From an uncultured Bacillales bacterium (lineage in GTDB: Bacteria; Bacillota; Bacilli; Paenibacillales; KCTC-25726): a stretch of DNA of 24,000 nt. Location: NCBI GenBank assembly GCA_964514665.1, contig CAZESH010000026.1:1-24000 (forward strand). Direction: 5' to 3'. The notes beneath the pieces are model-generated. The model was not told the DNA's origin. It saw only the letters and a program-made list of their open reading frames with translations, and did no database searches. A program made the translations under genes and the position numbers. Positions 22,858 to 24,000 of the stretch are shown piece by piece (within the stretch, counting starts at the first letter, position 1; each line of letters opens with the position of its first letter).

Positions 22858-24000
22858 TCAATCTGAGCTTCGGCCCATGGGGAAATCGATTCATCGGAAA
22901 GAAGATCCCCGATTTATTCGAGGTCAAGGTCGATATATTGACGATATTGTATTACCAAATATGTTGTATATGAGCATCGTACGCAGTCCCTATGCACATG
23001 CAAAGATTAATCGTATAAATACCGAAGCGGCTTATCAGGTTCCCGGAGTGAAATTAATCATCACCGGTGAGGATTTGGCAAAGTTGAATCTGGCCTGGAT
23101 GCCAACATTGGCCGGAGATGTACAAATGGTATTGGCAACCAATAAAGTTCTTTTCCAATACCAGGAGGTTGCGGCGGTAGTCGCTGAAACTCGCGGTGCA
23201 GCGGTGGATGCAGCTCAATTGATCCAGGTTGAATACGATGCGCTGCCTGTTGTAGTTGACCCGTTCCGAGCGTTAGAGCCGGATGCTCCGGTACTGCGGG
23301 ATGATCGTGATAAGAAGAGCAATCATATTTGGCACTGGGAATCGGGAGATCGGGAGAACACACAGGAGATTTTCAAAAACGCTGCCGTGGTTGTAAATCA
23401 AGATGTTCGTTTTCAACGAGTTCACCCGTCGCCACTGGAACCATGCGGATGTATCGCGGATTACAACAAGGGGACTGGCAGATTGACTTGGTATGTCACT
23501 TCACAGGCGCCTCATGCGCATCGAACGGTATTGGCTATGGTAAGCGGCCTGCCTGAACAAAAGATTCATGTCATTTCTCCAGACGTTGGGGGAGGTTTCG
23601 GCAACAAAGTTCCCGTCTATCCGGGTTATGTCTGTGCGATTGTTGCTTCGTTGCAACTGGGACTGCCGGTCAAATGGATCGAAACCCGTACTGAAAACAT
23701 AGCCAGCACCGGTTTCGCCCGTGATTATCATATGAGGGCCGAGATTGCCGCTGATGAGAACGGGAAGGTATTAGGGTTAAAAGTGAAAACGCTTGCAGAT
23801 CATGGCGCGTTTGACGCTGCGGCTGATCCTACAAAGTTTCCTGCCGGATTATTCAGCATCGTAACCGGTTCCTATGATTTTGAGCAAGCATTTGTTGAAG
23901 TGGATGGTGTTTATACCAATAAGGCGCCGGGCGGAGTAGCCTATCGTTGTTCGTTTCGTGTCACGGAAGCAGCCTATCTGATCGAACGAACGATGGATGT
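22847..24000 (+). CDS. coxL: Aerobic CO dehydrogenase molybdopterin large subunit, form I signature (3' end outside the window)
   Basis: This gene is absent from the ORF track because no stop codon falls inside the window. The GTG at 22847, preceded by GGAGGTGG, overlaps the coxS stop. Translation is [33 protein letters not shown]...[11 protein letters not shown]...[14 protein letters not shown]. The AYRCSFR active-site loop is at 23939-23959. Gene order is M-S-L. Confidence 0.9.
   Translation, partial: MAINQSELRPMGKSIHRKEDPRFIRGQGRYIDDIVLPNMLYMSIVRSPYAHAKINRINTEAAYQVPGVKLIITGEDLAKLNLAWMPTLAGDVQMVLATNKVLFQYQEVAAVVAETRGAAVDAAQLIQVEYDALPVVVDPFRALEPDAPVLRDDRDKKSNHIWHWESGDRENTQEIFKNAAVVVNQDVRFQRVHPSPLEPCGCIADYNKGTGRLTWYVTSQAPHAHRTVLAMVSGLPEQKIHVISPDVGGGFGNKVPVYPGYVCAIVASLQLGLPVKWIETRTENIASTGFARDYHMRAEIAADENGKVLGLKVKTLADHGAFDAAADPTKFPAGLFSIVTGSYDFEQAFVEVDGVYTNKAPGGVAYRCSFRVTEAAYLIERTMD

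Noticed and set aside
22740-22973. 77-aa plus-strand ORF overlapping the coxS/coxL junction; also 23061-23363 -, 23329-23556 + and 23501-23731 -
   Set aside because: These are alternative-frame or antisense ORFs inside coxL. The true coxL frame (from GTG 22847) is missing from the ORF track only because it has no stop inside the window.
1-24000. CRISPR arrays, tRNA/rRNA genes, prophage or classical defence-system genes (restriction, Cas, reverse transcriptase, TIR/STING/SMODS-type, large helicase or nuclease ATPases)
   Set aside because: I saw no regularly spaced direct repeats, no cloverleaf-like or rRNA-like segments, and no ORFs with such motifs. The only mobile-element protein is the IS3 transposase. 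The unusual content here is metabolic, not immunity-related.

Overview
The window looks like a chromosomal segment from a Bacillota (Bacillales-like) genome, judging by strong AAGGAGG-type Shine-Dalgarno (SD) sites, frequent GTG/TTG starts and lipobox signals. From left to right it contains:

- **1-1500:** the end of a HAD/haloacid-dehalogenase gene, a DsrE-like gene and a Met-rich membrane protein.
- **1614-6953:** a six-gene plus-strand operon: a YnjB-like ABC importer (binding lipoprotein, two permeases, ATPase), a CDP-alcohol phosphatidyltransferase and a TVP38/DedA-type membrane protein.
- **7003-9695:** lspA, a CxxC glutaredoxin-like gene, a Crp/Fnr regulator and a divergent PiT-family transporter.
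- **9700-11067:** about 1.4 kb of decayed or non-coding DNA with strong hairpins and a frameshifted remnant of a PBP-like molybdate-domain gene.
- **11075-12100:** moaA.
- **about 12.3-19.0 kb:** a low-GC island.
- **19010-19577:** a highly structured non-coding stretch, possibly a group II intron 5' remnant.
- **19560-24000:** a decayed mocA-like gene, xdhC, and a divergent coxM-coxS-coxL operon whose large subunit carries the form-I CO-dehydrogenase signature VAYRCSFR.

The low-GC island is the most interesting part. It holds a tight five-gene minus-strand operon:
- a BacA-like non-aromatizing prephenate decarboxylase
- a DUF2000 protein
- a formylglycine-generating-enzyme (FGE)/SUMF1/EgtB-fold protein
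- a small molybdopterin oxidoreductase
- an APC permease

A divergent MocR/GabR-type regulator sits next to this operon. It is cleanly split by an apparently intact IS3-family element with a 3-bp target duplication.

I cannot match the operon's gene combination to any described pathway. I found no CRISPR array, tRNA or rRNA, and no hallmark defence-system genes.
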